DNA of 64,000 nucleotides from Veleropilina oligotropha (taxonomy: Eukaryota), in assembly GCA_048128005.1 (NCBI GenBank), contig JBEUKZ010000009.1, positions 124,001 through 188,000 on the forward strand, given 5' to 3'. Positions 43,469 to 55,755 of this stretch are shown here, piece by piece. Position 1 is the first letter of the stretch, and every line of letters begins with the position of its first letter. The notes under the pieces were generated by a model that was not told where the DNA came from, did not search any database, and saw only the letters and a program-made list of their open reading frames with translations. A program made the translations under genes and the position numbers.

Positions 43469-44387
43469 CAGGGTGTCCGAGAAGTCCCTACCTTTATCGA
43501 TTAGTCCCTACCTTTATCGCTCCTCACGTACATAGGCGATGTTTCACGATAATAGTATGACATATCACGTCCGGTGCGTCTTTTTACTCAAATATACTCA
43601 AATAAATGTAAATCTATTAAAATAAGGTAATATATGTATATAGGGACACCGTGTATTGAAATCACACCACTGACACAATAATTATCTAATACACCCGTCT
43701 ATTCTGAACATGTAAAACGCACGATACATGTTAGCAATTTACCCATAGTCGCATTGGATATAATCTCTGGTATTCAGAAAAACTAAGTAATTATTAAAAT
43801 CGATGATTTAGCAAGACTGATTATTATCATTTTACCGGTTTTGCGAATTCATTACCCCTGTTTCCGGATCCTATTCTGACTAAAAATACTGATGGCATGA
43901 TTGTGTTAGAAGCGCGTTTGCACTCCCCATAATATCATAGTATTTCGTAAATGCAAAGTTATTTGTAGAATTATATCATCATCGTCTTCATCCATTTATG
44001 CGTTTGAGACTATGTTGCTCTTCTATTCCATTGTTGCGTTGGCTTTCTGCGTCAAATATTGTATTATTTCGAAAGTTCTAGTACAAATGTTAAACATTAT
44101 TAATGTAGGGGGGTTAACTTGATATTCTTACGTGTTTTAAATACGTGTACATTACTTTATTTGATTGGATATACGATTATTTGAGTATATTTGAGTGTAT
44201 TTGAGTATATTTGAGTAAAAAGACGCACCCCTATCACGTCACCGCACATGGCGGAAAATGATCCAATGTCATGAGAATGATGGCAAACACACAGACCCGT
44301 TGGATAACTAATGAAGCTGTATAAATGCTGTACTATACGCATCACGCATACCAGGGCGATAAAGGTAGGGACTTCTCGGACACCCTG
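43469..44387. mobile_element. Tc1/mariner-type MITE in PCMT1 intron 1
   Basis: Perfect ~31-bp TIR cagggtgtccgagaagtccctacctttatcg flanked by TA, plus extra subterminal inverted similarity. Confidence 0.9.
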
Positions 44388-44458
44388 TACACTATTAGAA
44401 TTTTCCTTCATTCTCAAATGCTGTTCCCGTTCGAAAGATATCGTAGCAGAAAACTTAC

Positions 44459-44513
44459 TACGCAGATTCTCCACCAAGTTTGCGTTGCTTGTTCCGCTGG
44501 AGCGCCAGGCCAT
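44459..44513 (-). CDS. PCMT1: PCMT1 coding exon 1 (MAWRSSGTSNANLVENLR)
   Basis: ATG at 44513 and donor A|gtaagt. Matches the MAW-x-S-x-G N-terminus of animal PIMT. The five exons sum to 229 aa. Confidence 0.9.
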
Positions 44514-45343
44514 GCTTGTTCTCAAGAAACGAGCACAGACAATAAGCAGCAATGCCAACCTCGACCGGCCTCGATCGACCATGGACGGCACCAGCAGATC
44601 ACTTCCCAGAGCCCGAAATCTCAAGAAAATGGCGGCACAGGCCACATTTCTGAAATACAATATTTTTAATAGCTTTGCAGAAATGCATGTGTATAATTAT
44701 GTAAATGTACTGAAGCTGGCACGTGCACGTCTATTTATACATACGCGACACTGCAGAGAATTTCCTTATACTTGATGAGAGATAAACTTGTTGACAACCC
44801 ACCTTGTGTCCTGACATGACCTTTGACCCTATCCCATCACTCCCCGCTCGTTGATTACCCGGTGCACCGATTGTCTCCCCTGAATCTCAAAAGTACCGTA
44901 TAATCGCGCTTATATGCGAATATACGGGCATGCCCTTATAGTGCTGCGGCCATGCTCAGCATAGCCCCCTAGAAATAGGAGTAACCCCTCCCCAGGGTAG
45001 AACAAAGCACAACCCTATCTTTTTGGTTCATTAGGATGTATGGGGTAAGGAATGGATGGTTGTGGAAAAAAAAATTGGGGACAACATTGATTTTTTACAT
45101 GATTTGTGTGTCTGGGGTCAACAGTTTAGAGCTCGCCATAAAATCACAAAAATGACGTATTTTTATTTGTTTAACCAAATAGCATTAAAATGGTATCATT
45201 CTGTTCTGAATAAGTACTAATTTAGAGGGTGCATGTTTTCATAAAGTGTTTGGCATGGCTAATTATATCATTAAATTACAAATATCTGTAAAGATCATGA
45301 AGAATTGTAGTCGCGATGAATTTTGATGATTTTCTCAATATTT

Positions 45344-47540
45344 AATCAATCAATCAAATTTATTTTGCCAAGTAATACAATGTCTGTACATATTATGCAT
45401 ATGACTAATATACAGTATACTATTGTATATGAAATATAATATGTATTAAAGTTTTATAATAGTATAGTTAAGAAGATATGTACATACATTGATCATGGCT
45501 GGGAGATCTTTTGAAACCCAAAGGGCTTATTAGTAGACCACCCAGGTGTAGCTGTGTTTAAATATTATTAGTAATTATATTTTTAAGGAAATATTGTAAC
45601 TAAACAATATATTTAAAATCAATAATGATGAAATTATTATGTCACTGTAGATAGCCATTTAATAAAATCTTTTTGTAGTGGGTTCTGAATTGTGATAGTG
45701 ATTGTGAGTTTCTAAGGGACAAATCAAGACTATTCCATATACGTGGGCCATGATATTTCACTGTGTGATATCGTGCTGTGGTGCGACAGATTTCAATATG
45801 ATACTTATCTTTATTTCTTGTATTATGATGATGTATATCATAATTTGTCCTAAAGAAATTTGAAAAGGCAATCGGTAACTTATTTAGATGATATTTATAC
45901 ATGAATGAAGCCATTTGAAACTTATGTATATCATAAATTGTTAACTGTCTAAGATTTATAAATAAAGGCAAGGAATGTTCCAAATAGCCAGCAGCAGATA
46001 TTAACCGTATTGCACGTTTTTGCAATAAGAATAACTTATGCAATTTTGTCTTATAGGTACTTGCCCAAATAATTGCACAATATTGGAAATATGGTAATAT
46101 TAAAGTGGAATATATCATAGGCAAAATTCTTGTTGGAAGTGACTTTTTTAATTTAAATAATATTCCAATATTTTTGGCAACTTTTGATTCAATACTTTTT
46201 ATATGAGCATTCCATGTGGTGTTTGCATCGACAGTTACTCCGAGGAATTTTGCAGAATTTACCTGATCAATTATTATTCCATCAATCGTTAGGGAATATG
46301 TATCAGGATATTGTTTTGTAGGTGAAGTGAAAATAATATAGCTTGTCTTCTTTACATTTAATGATAGTTTATTTACTTTAAACCAGAGTGTGACTTTTTT
46401 AGTTCTTCATTTATTATTGACATCATTGAACGAAAATTTTTGTGCCTGAAGAATATATTAGTATCATCGGCAAATAATATAAATATTAGTAATGCAGATG
46501 TATTTGCCAGATCATTAACGTATAAAATAAATAGTAATGGACCAAGTATCGATCCCTGAGGCACACCACATGAAATGTCATTCAGTAACGATTTTTCTGA
46601 GTTCACTGACACATACTGTTTTCTATTTGTTAAGTAGTCTTTGAACCAGTCCAAAGCAAGTCCGCGAATACCATAATGGTAAAGTTTCTTTAAGAGGATC
46701 TCGTGATTAACTGTGTCGAATGCCTTTGACAAATCTATAAACACCCCAATTGTATATTCTTGCTTATCTTTTGCTTGTGTAATTTCATCCATCAATTCAA
46801 TAAGTGCCATAAATGTCGAGTGGTTTTGACGAAAACCGAATTGTTTTTTATAAAGAATATTATTTGAAGTAATATAATTCAGTAATCTATTATATGTCGC
46901 TTTTTCAAATAGTTTAGAAAATAACGGGAGCACTGATATTGGTCTGTAGTTGGTAAATTTAGACGAGTCTTCACTTTTAAAAATGGGTGTTACCTTAGCT
47001 ATTTTTAACAAGTCTGGAACGATGCCAGATATGAAGGATTTATTTAAAATATTTACAAGTGGTGACAAGATATAATTGGAAGATGCCTTCATGACATTTA
47101 CTGATATGCCGTCATGGCCACAGCTTTTATCGTTTTTAAAGTTTGAGATAATCGCTGAAACCTCAGGCTCATCGACTGGCATAAAGTAAAAAGAGTTGGC
47201 ATAATTTTCGCTCATGTATTCTTTGAAATCATATTGAACAGGTGGGATTTTTTTTGCAAGCTGTGGTCCAATATTAGTAAAATAATCATTAAAATGCTTG
47301 GCAATGTTCTTATCTCCTAGAATTTTGTTGTCGTTATGTATAAATTCTGAAGGTAGTGCCGAGTAATTATTTTTATTGATGACGGATTTGATAATTTTCC
47401 AAGTTTCTTTCAAGTTCCCTTTTGTGTTTTCAAGTTTATTAGCATAATAGTTTCGCTTGGTAATTTGTATTAGATGTTTTAACTTGTTTTTGTATGCTTT
47501 ATATTTAGTAAGTGATTTCTCAGTTTTCTTATTTATTAAT
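45344..47540 (-). mobile_element. 5'-truncated LINE (CR1/L2-group) nested in the Academ element
   Basis: NYRPISVLP, QFGFRQNHST, FIDLSKAFD, GVPQGSILGP, FADD, with a frameshift near 46373. 3' AATAAA plus a (TTGA)n tail. Confidence 0.9.
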
Positions 47541-47616
47541 TACTCTGTTCATTTTGTCTTTATAGGTACAGATAAAGCTTCATTGCTGGTGATTGTCCCT
47601 GACCAGAAAATAAATT

Positions 47617-50600
47617 ATGATGAAAGATGGTGAATCCCCAGATAAAAAACCGCGCCTGAATACTAAGCAGTGCATTTTGTGCTTCAAATCTCTAAACAAA
47701 GGTGGCATTGGTGTCAAAAATCCAACCCACGATGGCCTAAGGACTATATTAAATGTTTGTAAAAAAACCGATAGGACAATGTTCACGAGTTGTTGTCACC
47801 CATGGAAGATAAAATTTTGTCCAATGAGATCCATGTGTCCTTCCACAAACTATGTCTACTTTTGTATAAGGTCTACAATCTGCCGTCTAACCGACTTAGA
47901 AGGTCAATTTCATATCTCCACACAAATTAATATTTATTGTCAAATTTGACAACCTGTTATTTTATCAAAACATATATTAATTACTGATAATTTGCTTTAT
48001 TTATCATTATATTAAGACGACGCATATGAAGAGCAAAAGACGTCACGAGTGCCGTCTTCAGCAATAAGTGACAACAAATACTTCTTTCTCATTGGTGGAG
48101 AAATGAAATGGGCTTCTAACAACTATATGTTTAACGAAGCAGAAGGTGAAAGTTCACCCACAGGCACTCCCTCGGTGCGGCTAAGCAGCAGAAACTGATT
48201 CATCCAACTTTAATATCCGTTCTGATTGTTTTGTATGTGGCAAAGGTGACATGAAAAATGAGAAACTGACTCCAATTACAACCGGTACTGGTAAATCAAC
48301 AAGAGAGAATGTCTTAAGCAACATGACGATGTGATCTATACCCGAATGCTGACACATTCTGATCTATACACATTTGATGCGAGATATCACCGACGTTGTT
48401 ATGGACATTATATCCACGATCGTATTATCAAAGCAGCGATTTATAAGGCTGACAACATAGACGAGAGTGAGATAGACACATGTTATGAGGAAGCATTTCA
48501 TGTTGTTACGGATGAACTGGAGAAATCGGTCCTATCCCAGGAAATGACCGTAAACAATCTCTCTTGCATGAGATCAAAGTATTATCAAAGCCCTGGAGGA
48601 GACAGAGGTCACTGATGCACAACAATACTCATAGTGGAAGCTAAAGACGAAACTTAAAAACCATTCTGACATAATAATCTTTGTTCAACAACGCGACCAA
48701 TTAGACTTGATCTGCTCGTGCAACATGAAAATTGGTGAAGCATTCAAGCAATCCGATGAAGACATAACGTTTTCTGATTTGGGATCAGCATGCGTTCAGT
48801 TGGATGAATATCAGGTCTTGCACACGGCAGCAGTGATATTAAGACGCCATACGATGCCATATAACTGAGAGTGACATTTACATTTCTAGTCTGGATATGG
48901 AGCTTAGTGAATGCGGCAAAGTTGTGACCGATTCTGTGTATGATTTTGTGTCATGGTGTGTGAGCCGAAAATCATTTGAATCCGCCTGCAGTTAGTCCGA
49001 CCGTGGTACACGACCTCGAGATTTGAAAATCATTGCTATATATGCCAGAATATCACCTATCAGAGACACGTGCGGACACCAATCAACCTCGGTCTTGCAA
49101 TTTATGTACATCACAGCTTTGGAAGCAAGAAATTGGTTGATCATCTCGTATGACGAAGTGAGGAGGTTTTATACATCAGTTGCGTTGGATCAGAAGGGAG
49201 AAGATGTATTTGCTCCACGGGGTATATAAAGCGGCAATGATCATCATATTATGGTAGATGCTGCCATAGACAATTTTGACCAAAATGAACAACCCATGCC
49301 ATGGCTCCAGTTGTATACAAGCGCTGTCCAATATATCCTTCAAGTTGCCATGTAAGACGAGCTAAGGAAAAATCACTCTCTGCTGCTGATGCACTGGTGA
49401 CTGATGATGATAGGCTGCTAGGTATTGGAATGGCTAATTTTATTTAATTGTTGCATGTGTTTGATGCATTGCATGATAACAGCGCGTTAATCTCTAGCTT
49501 AGCCTTTCTTGTAGCGTAACAATTGCAGTCACACAGCAGTAGGTTAATGATATTGTAATATATAGTCTATAGTCGTTGTAGATACTTAATGCATAGTTGC
49601 CGTCTTTTGAAGGAAGCTATATCTTACGTTTCATATGGTAATTAACGCTACGCTATTATAACATAACATGACCATTATAACATGCATTATGTGGTGGTGG
49701 GTTGTATGCCTCGTATGTTTATTTCAGGTATGTGAAACCTGCACACCGGGATGCTGATAGTTACCAAGTCGCAAATAAGAAAGATCTCCTATGGCAACTA
49801 GCTCGTCTACAAACGGAACACGACGCTGAACAGTCTATACCAGCATGGACCGGATTTAATACTATCCTATCCGATACAAACATGCCAGTTGCTGCCACGC
49901 GATATATGCCATTTCTACGAGTCCCTCCTACAGATCTTTCAACCATTTACACCGTTCTATGCAAGTTGGTTGACGTTTGTAAGCAAATTGGACAAGATCA
50001 CATTCTAGTAACTGGTGACATGGCCATATACAGTAAGGCGCAACAAATCCTATGGGCCAAACCGAAATATTTAGATGGAAATGTGACAATGCGAGTTGGT
50101 GGGCTACACACTACAATGGCTTTGCTCGCTAGTTTAGACAAGTTATTTGGTGATGGTGGGCTTTTGGCTTTACTGATTCATCTGTGTATGCAGAGGCAAC
50201 AGCACCACACATGCTGCAGGGTACACAACTATCTCGAGATATTCGGGGCATCAAAATTGTCTTCGAAGCTATATTCCGAACGTTCTTCAGATCGATGGTA
50301 GCATGGCTTGAACGATCTACTCACTTTCTCACAGTGATGACACACAACACAACTTTTTTGATCTATAACATGCATGTGGCGCCAATGACAGTGCATCTGC
50401 AATCGCCGTTGCCTGATAATTGATGGATAGTCATGTGCCAGAGGTTGCAGAAATGATTGCGGAATTGTCAGAACTTGGTCGACAACGATCAGCAGCATTT
50501 GGATTTTGGGACGATTTCATGGAGGGTGCTCATGTCTTGTTTCATCACCTTCGAGCAGAGAAGGAAGGTTCCATTGAACTTCATATGGCTGCCATGTGTG

Positions 50601-52823
50601 AAGCAATTGTTCGGTTTCGGGCTGCGGGCAGGGACACATATGCAAAGTATGTACCTACATATATGGCAGATATGGAGCGTCTCGAAGAGAATCACCCGGA
50701 CGTTTATCAGCGCATGTGTGAAGGTGGCTTGGTTGTTAGAAGATCTGATCGATCCCGATTCAATTATGTGAGTACTGACCAAGCCCTGGAACAGACTATT
50801 AATAAAGAAGGCAAGAGTGCAGGTGGCATCATTGGCATCACACTGCGGAAGGGAGCAATGATCCGTTGGTTGATGACCAGACACATTACATTATGTAATA
50901 ATGACTCAATCAAACAGAGAACGCATGCTGAGCTGGGAAAGAGTCGAAATGCTAGGGATGAATATTATAACATGTTCAGAAGGTTGTTGATGTAATTATG
51001 AGCAATCATAATCCATTTGATATGGAGACTGTACCATCGGAACTGATTAACATCAGTACTGGCCAGGTTGCTTCGCCAGAAGTAACCAAGGGTCTCGCTG
51101 GATTCTTAGAAGTTGGTAGACAGAAACACACAGAATTTATGGAAAGGAGGCTAGCAGCAGGAACAAAGTCTTTGAAATTCTGGGACGCAGAAAAACTAAC
51201 GAATATCGTTACATTTGCAGACATGAGAAAGTCCCTGGATATTGATAAAGATACCAAGAAATTGATGGTAGACTCGGAAGTGTTATCTCGAAGACTTTTG
51301 GCGGTATCAAATCGACGAAATATAAACATGGAGAAAGTAATACAGCGCGAACTGGCAGCTGTCCCACCAGCTTTATTCTACGATGATGGCAGAATGAGGA
51401 AATGTGTGAAAGCAGATCTAGCTATCAAAATTGAGTCAACCACGGAACGAGCGCTTGAGCTACCATCATTTGATGGTAAAAATATTTACATTGTTGATGG
51501 GGTGGCTCTTATCCAATGTATACATGAAGCACAATTCAACACTTTCAGAGACATTGCCCACCTGATACTACGCAAAATTACAGATCTTCTTAATGGCTCC
51601 TGGAATATAAAGTCACTCTTCCTTGTGTTCGACCGGTACGATGTTGTCCATTCTGCCAAACAACAGGAAATACAACTCCGAAGTGACACAAGTGGAGTTG
51701 CAGGTAGAAGCCATGTAATTGTTCCAGACCGCGTCGTGCCACATTACAGGAATTTCTTGAAAAATTCAGCAAACAAAGCCAATCTTGCAGCATTCATATC
51801 ACAGTGGACACTGAACGAAGCACCAGAAATGGTTAATGGCCAAAGCATCACTCTTGCTGGTGGATTTGCAAAAGCTCAGAAAGTTGTAGTTATCGACCCA
51901 GATGGAAAGAGGGATCTTGTTCATCTCTTCAGCACACATGAAGAAGCTGATACTCGCATGCTTCTCGATGCCATTGACCTTGCGCCATCTCATGAAATGT
52001 TGATCATCAAGGCAGATGACACAGATGTTCTCGTTCTGCTGAGTTACTACCATAGCAAAAATATGCTACCCCCGTTGACCTACTTGCATGCTGGTCACAC
52101 CGGGCAACGTACCAAGAGAGAAAGGTTCATTCCAGTGTATTCAATTTGTGACCATCTTGGTAAATGTGTGTCACAAGCATTGCCTACTGCACACGCATTG
52201 CCTACTGCACACGCACTAACAGGTGCGACACGATGAGCAGTCTGCACAACATTGGAAAGAAAACAGCCTATAGTAAGCTTGTTCAAATTGAAGAAGATCT
52301 TCCTGAGCTCTGCGCCATGGGAACGACGTCTGAGATGTCACAAATTTTATCGGATGCCCGTCGATGCACCTTGGCGTTGTATGGAAACAAAAAGAAATCA
52401 AATGGTGACCTATGTACAACAATAGATGAGTTGCGGTATGAATTTGCATGTAAAAGTGACAAGTGTGCTTCGGCTTTCCCACTAACTGAAGATGCATTCC
52501 TTCAACACGTATGGCGTGCAAGGTATCAGGTATGTATTTGGATGCAGTGTGGAGTTGCCAAGCCATCTCACTTGAACCCGATTGGCAATGGATGGAGATG
52601 GAATGAGGTCATATCTTCCTTACAACCAATATATTATGAGAAGGATGCTGCACCTGTAGAAGTCCGAGAATTAATTCATATGTATTGTATGGATACAGAG
52701 TGCAACATCCAGAAATGCCATTGTCTTGCGTCAGGATTACCTTGTACAGAGTTCTGCTCATGTCAGAGTATCGAGTGCGACAAGGCCGCTTCGGTAGCGC
52801 AGTGGGTAGAGTGTCCACTCTAA
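47617..52823 (+). pseudogene. Academ transposase/XPG-nuclease pseudogene fragments
   Basis: ORF pieces 48331-48615, 49702-50301, 50420-50995, 50998-52236 and 52164-52823 are co-linear but interrupted by stops and frameshifts. Confidence 0.8.
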
Positions 52824-53048
52824 ATTCACTGGCTTGTTTCCGCTGACGCGAACAGTAGTGGGATCGACCCCCGGCTGAGGCAGCACACATTTGTTCAAGT
52901 TATGAAGCACAGTTGTCCGTGACTGGCCGAAGAGGGCGGGTTTACCCGGCGACCGGGGTTTCCTCCCGCGATAACACGGACATGTCCTGCCTTGAACCTC
53001 GATGTTATAAATATACAGGGTATTAAGCATAATTCCTCCTCCTCCTCC
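52784..53048 (+). mobile_element. tRNA-derived SINE
   Basis: A-box-like tagcgcagtggg, B-box-like gggatcgaccc and a (CCT)n tail. 13-bp TSD tcgagtgcgacaa at 52771-52783 and 53049-53061. Confidence 0.85.
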
Positions 53049-53821
53049 TCGAGTGCGACAATACGCGGGAGCAACCTATTACAGTCAATGACAGTGACAA
53101 TGATGATTCTGATGATTTTTTCTCTGAGAGACATAGACTGATACCTGAAGCTTCATTTATATGTGTTAAACGTCCTTCATATACATTCGTCATAAAACCA
53201 GTTTATTCAAATTGGCATTGTGTAAGTAGTTTTCTCCAGAAGCATGAAAGTTTCCGTGAAAGAACAAAATGTATTCATCATTTTCTGTTTTACTTTATAT
53301 TGATGATTGATGAATAGCTATTACAATCATTTCACAACAACACACATTTCATTCTGGTAAAAAAGACACCCCATTTATGCTATTTGGTTATAAAAAAATG
53401 CCAGTCATTTTTGTGATTTTTTGACGCATTCAAAATTGTTGTCTCCAGAACCACAAATTATTTCAAAAATATATGTTATCCTCATTAAATTTTTTACAAC
53501 CATCTATTTCCTACTCCAGACATCCCAAGCAACCAAAAAAATATGGTTGTGCTTTTTTCTACCCTGGGGAGGGGTTAACTTTTTTTTAGCCAGTCATGCC
53601 ACAGCACTATTATAAGTGAGAACGTTTAAATTATGAAACTATTGAAACGCAATAATCCGCTTATAAGAGCAACATTTCCAGCCAACTTCCCATTTAGCAA
53701 ATATACTTCCACAGAGTTGTGAGATTATTTTTCATCCTTGCGTAATGTCAAATACGTTAATTTGTCGGAACAATTCTATAAACGATCAACGCCTTTCACT
53801 GAACCACAGGGGCCCGTAACG

Positions 53822-54986
53822 TGTGGAGCCGAATAGGTGCAAAAATTCTACATCCTACATTCTGTATTCTACATCCATCATTCATCATGCTACATGGTAA
53901 AATTCAACGTGCAAAAATTCTACATCCTACATTCTTTATTCTACATCCTATATTCTTTATTCTACATTCTTTATTCTACATCCTATATTCTTTATTCTAC
54001 ATCCATCATTCATCATGCTACATGATAAAAACGGTTATAGAATAAATATTTCTACAGTTAGAAGCATATTAGCAGCTACAACTTGGAACTCGCATGTTCG
54101 TGTTGGCATGTTGAGGCTAGCATGTTGACGCTGGCATGTTGAGGTTGGCAAGGTCGTGTTTGAAAGTCTAGCATAATATGCGCTCGTATTATGCTATCTC
54201 AAATCTGCCTGATAGATGGCGCTGCGGTGTTAAAGTGTGAAACTAACCGCTCCCTAGCTGTCACTCGTCGCTGAGAGCCTCGTTGAACGAAAGGTAATAT
54301 CGGTATCATGTATATTATGTTTAACCTGTGACTGATATAGCAGTCACAGGTTAAACATAATATACATGATACCGATATTACCTTTCGTTCAACGAGGCTC
54401 TCAGCGACGAGTGACAGCTAGGGAGCGGTTAGTTTCACACTTTAACACCGCAGCGCCATCTATCAGGCAGAATTGAGATAGCATAATACGAGCGCATATT
54501 ATGCTAGACTTTCAAACACGACCTCAACATGCCAGCGTCAACATGCTAGCCTCAACATGCCAACACGAACATGTGAGTTCCAAGTTGTAGCTGCTAATAT
54601 GCTTCTAACTGTAGAAATATTTATTCTATAACCGTTTTTATCATGTAGCATGATGAATGATGGATGTAGAATAAAGAATATAGGATGTAGAATAAAGAAT
54701 GTAGGATGTAGAATAAAGAAAATAGGATGTAGAATAAAGAATGTAGGATGTAGAATAAAGAATATAGGATGTAGAATAAAGAATGTAGGATGTAGAATAA
54801 AGAATGTAGGATGTAGAATTTTTGCACGTTGAATTTTACCATGTAGCATGATGAATGATGGATGTAGAATAAAGAATGTAGGATGTAGAATTTTTGCACC
54901 TTGTATTTTACCATGTAGCATGATGAATGATGGATGTAGAATAAAGAATGTAGGATGTAGAATTTTTGCACCTATTCGGCTCCATA
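53822..54986. mobile_element. Foldback (fully palindromic) element, ~1.16 kb
   Basis: Arms are inverted about a centre at ~54337. Termini tgtggagccgaataggtgc / gcacctattcggctccata, flanked by a gtaacg direct repeat. The arms contain 21-bp ctacatcctacattctttatt repeats. Confidence 0.85.
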
Positions 54987-55140
54987 GTAACGTTGCTTAT
55001 CGTTTGTCTGTTTCCGTTTGATGATTGGCGCAGTTCATTGTTACTATATAATATAGTCTATATTATATAGTAACAATGAACTGCGCTAATCGTCAAACGG
55101 AAACAGACGAACGATAAACAGCGTTACATGCTCCTGTGTT
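54987..55140. repeat. Short imperfect palindrome centred at ~55058, interrupted by the 53822-54986 foldback
   Basis: gtaacgttgcttatcgtttgtctgtttccgtttga...tatagtctata...tcaaacggaaacagacgaacgataaacagcgttac. Symmetry continues to gaaccacagggg at 53801-53812. Confidence 0.75.
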
Positions 55141-55755
55141 CGATCATGGCAAATAATCTTTCCCGTGTACTACCTTATAGGCAAACATTGCCGTTCGCAT
55201 GCACTGCGTGCTCGCTATTAAAATCTCGAATCGGTATGCATATCTATTTAAAACGGTAGTCTGTAGTAGTCTTATAAAATCGGTTACCTACCGCGTGAGT
55301 CGGTAGGGTTGGCAAGTACTAGTATGCATATTGCCTGAGCCAGTAATGAGAGCGCCGAAGGCGCGAAGCCCTTTGCGGGGGGTATGGGGGATCTCCCCCA
55401 GGAAAATTTGAGAAGTTCAGTGCCTCGGATGCATTTTCCTGGTATTTAAGAACAAAATACTTTAACATATTTATGGTATGTTGCTAATTTTGTCTTAGAT
55501 GAAGTCCGTATAGTGTAATGACGTTAACATTAAGCTTACGCAAGGGCACTTGCTTCCAAAATTTTAGGGGGGTAAATACCCCCCCGGTCGCGACGCCCCT
55601 GTTTCTTTGAATGTAAAAAATATAATTTGTTTACCTATGGTGATGCGCCATCGGGATTAGTATGCATCGGCCTAAACAGTCAGTAACGGGTCAAGGGTCA
55701 TGCCATCTGTCGGTCAATGATCGACAATACGAAGGACATTTAACGTGTACAAGAA

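Larger units (their letters stand above)
44939..53609 (+). mobile_element. Decayed Academ (AcademX-type) DNA transposon
   Basis: Termini TAGTGCTG...CAGCACTA, 3-bp TTA duplication and ~270-bp imperfect TIRs. Fragmented transposase (IPAWTGFN, TGDMAIY, GGLH, DQALEQTIN), XPG/FEN-like motifs HEEADTR, DTDV and HALTG-CD, and a C-terminal Cys cluster. Confidence 0.8.

Noticed and set aside
44157..44660. 167-aa ORF as an N-terminally extended PCMT1
   Set aside because: Only MAWRSSG...NLR matches PIMT, and a consensus donor follows it. An upstream in-frame extension cannot be excluded but has no support.
52784..52880. tRNA gene
   Set aside because: It has A/B boxes but no convincing cloverleaf, and it continues into a body, a simple-repeat tail and a TSD, so it is a SINE head.
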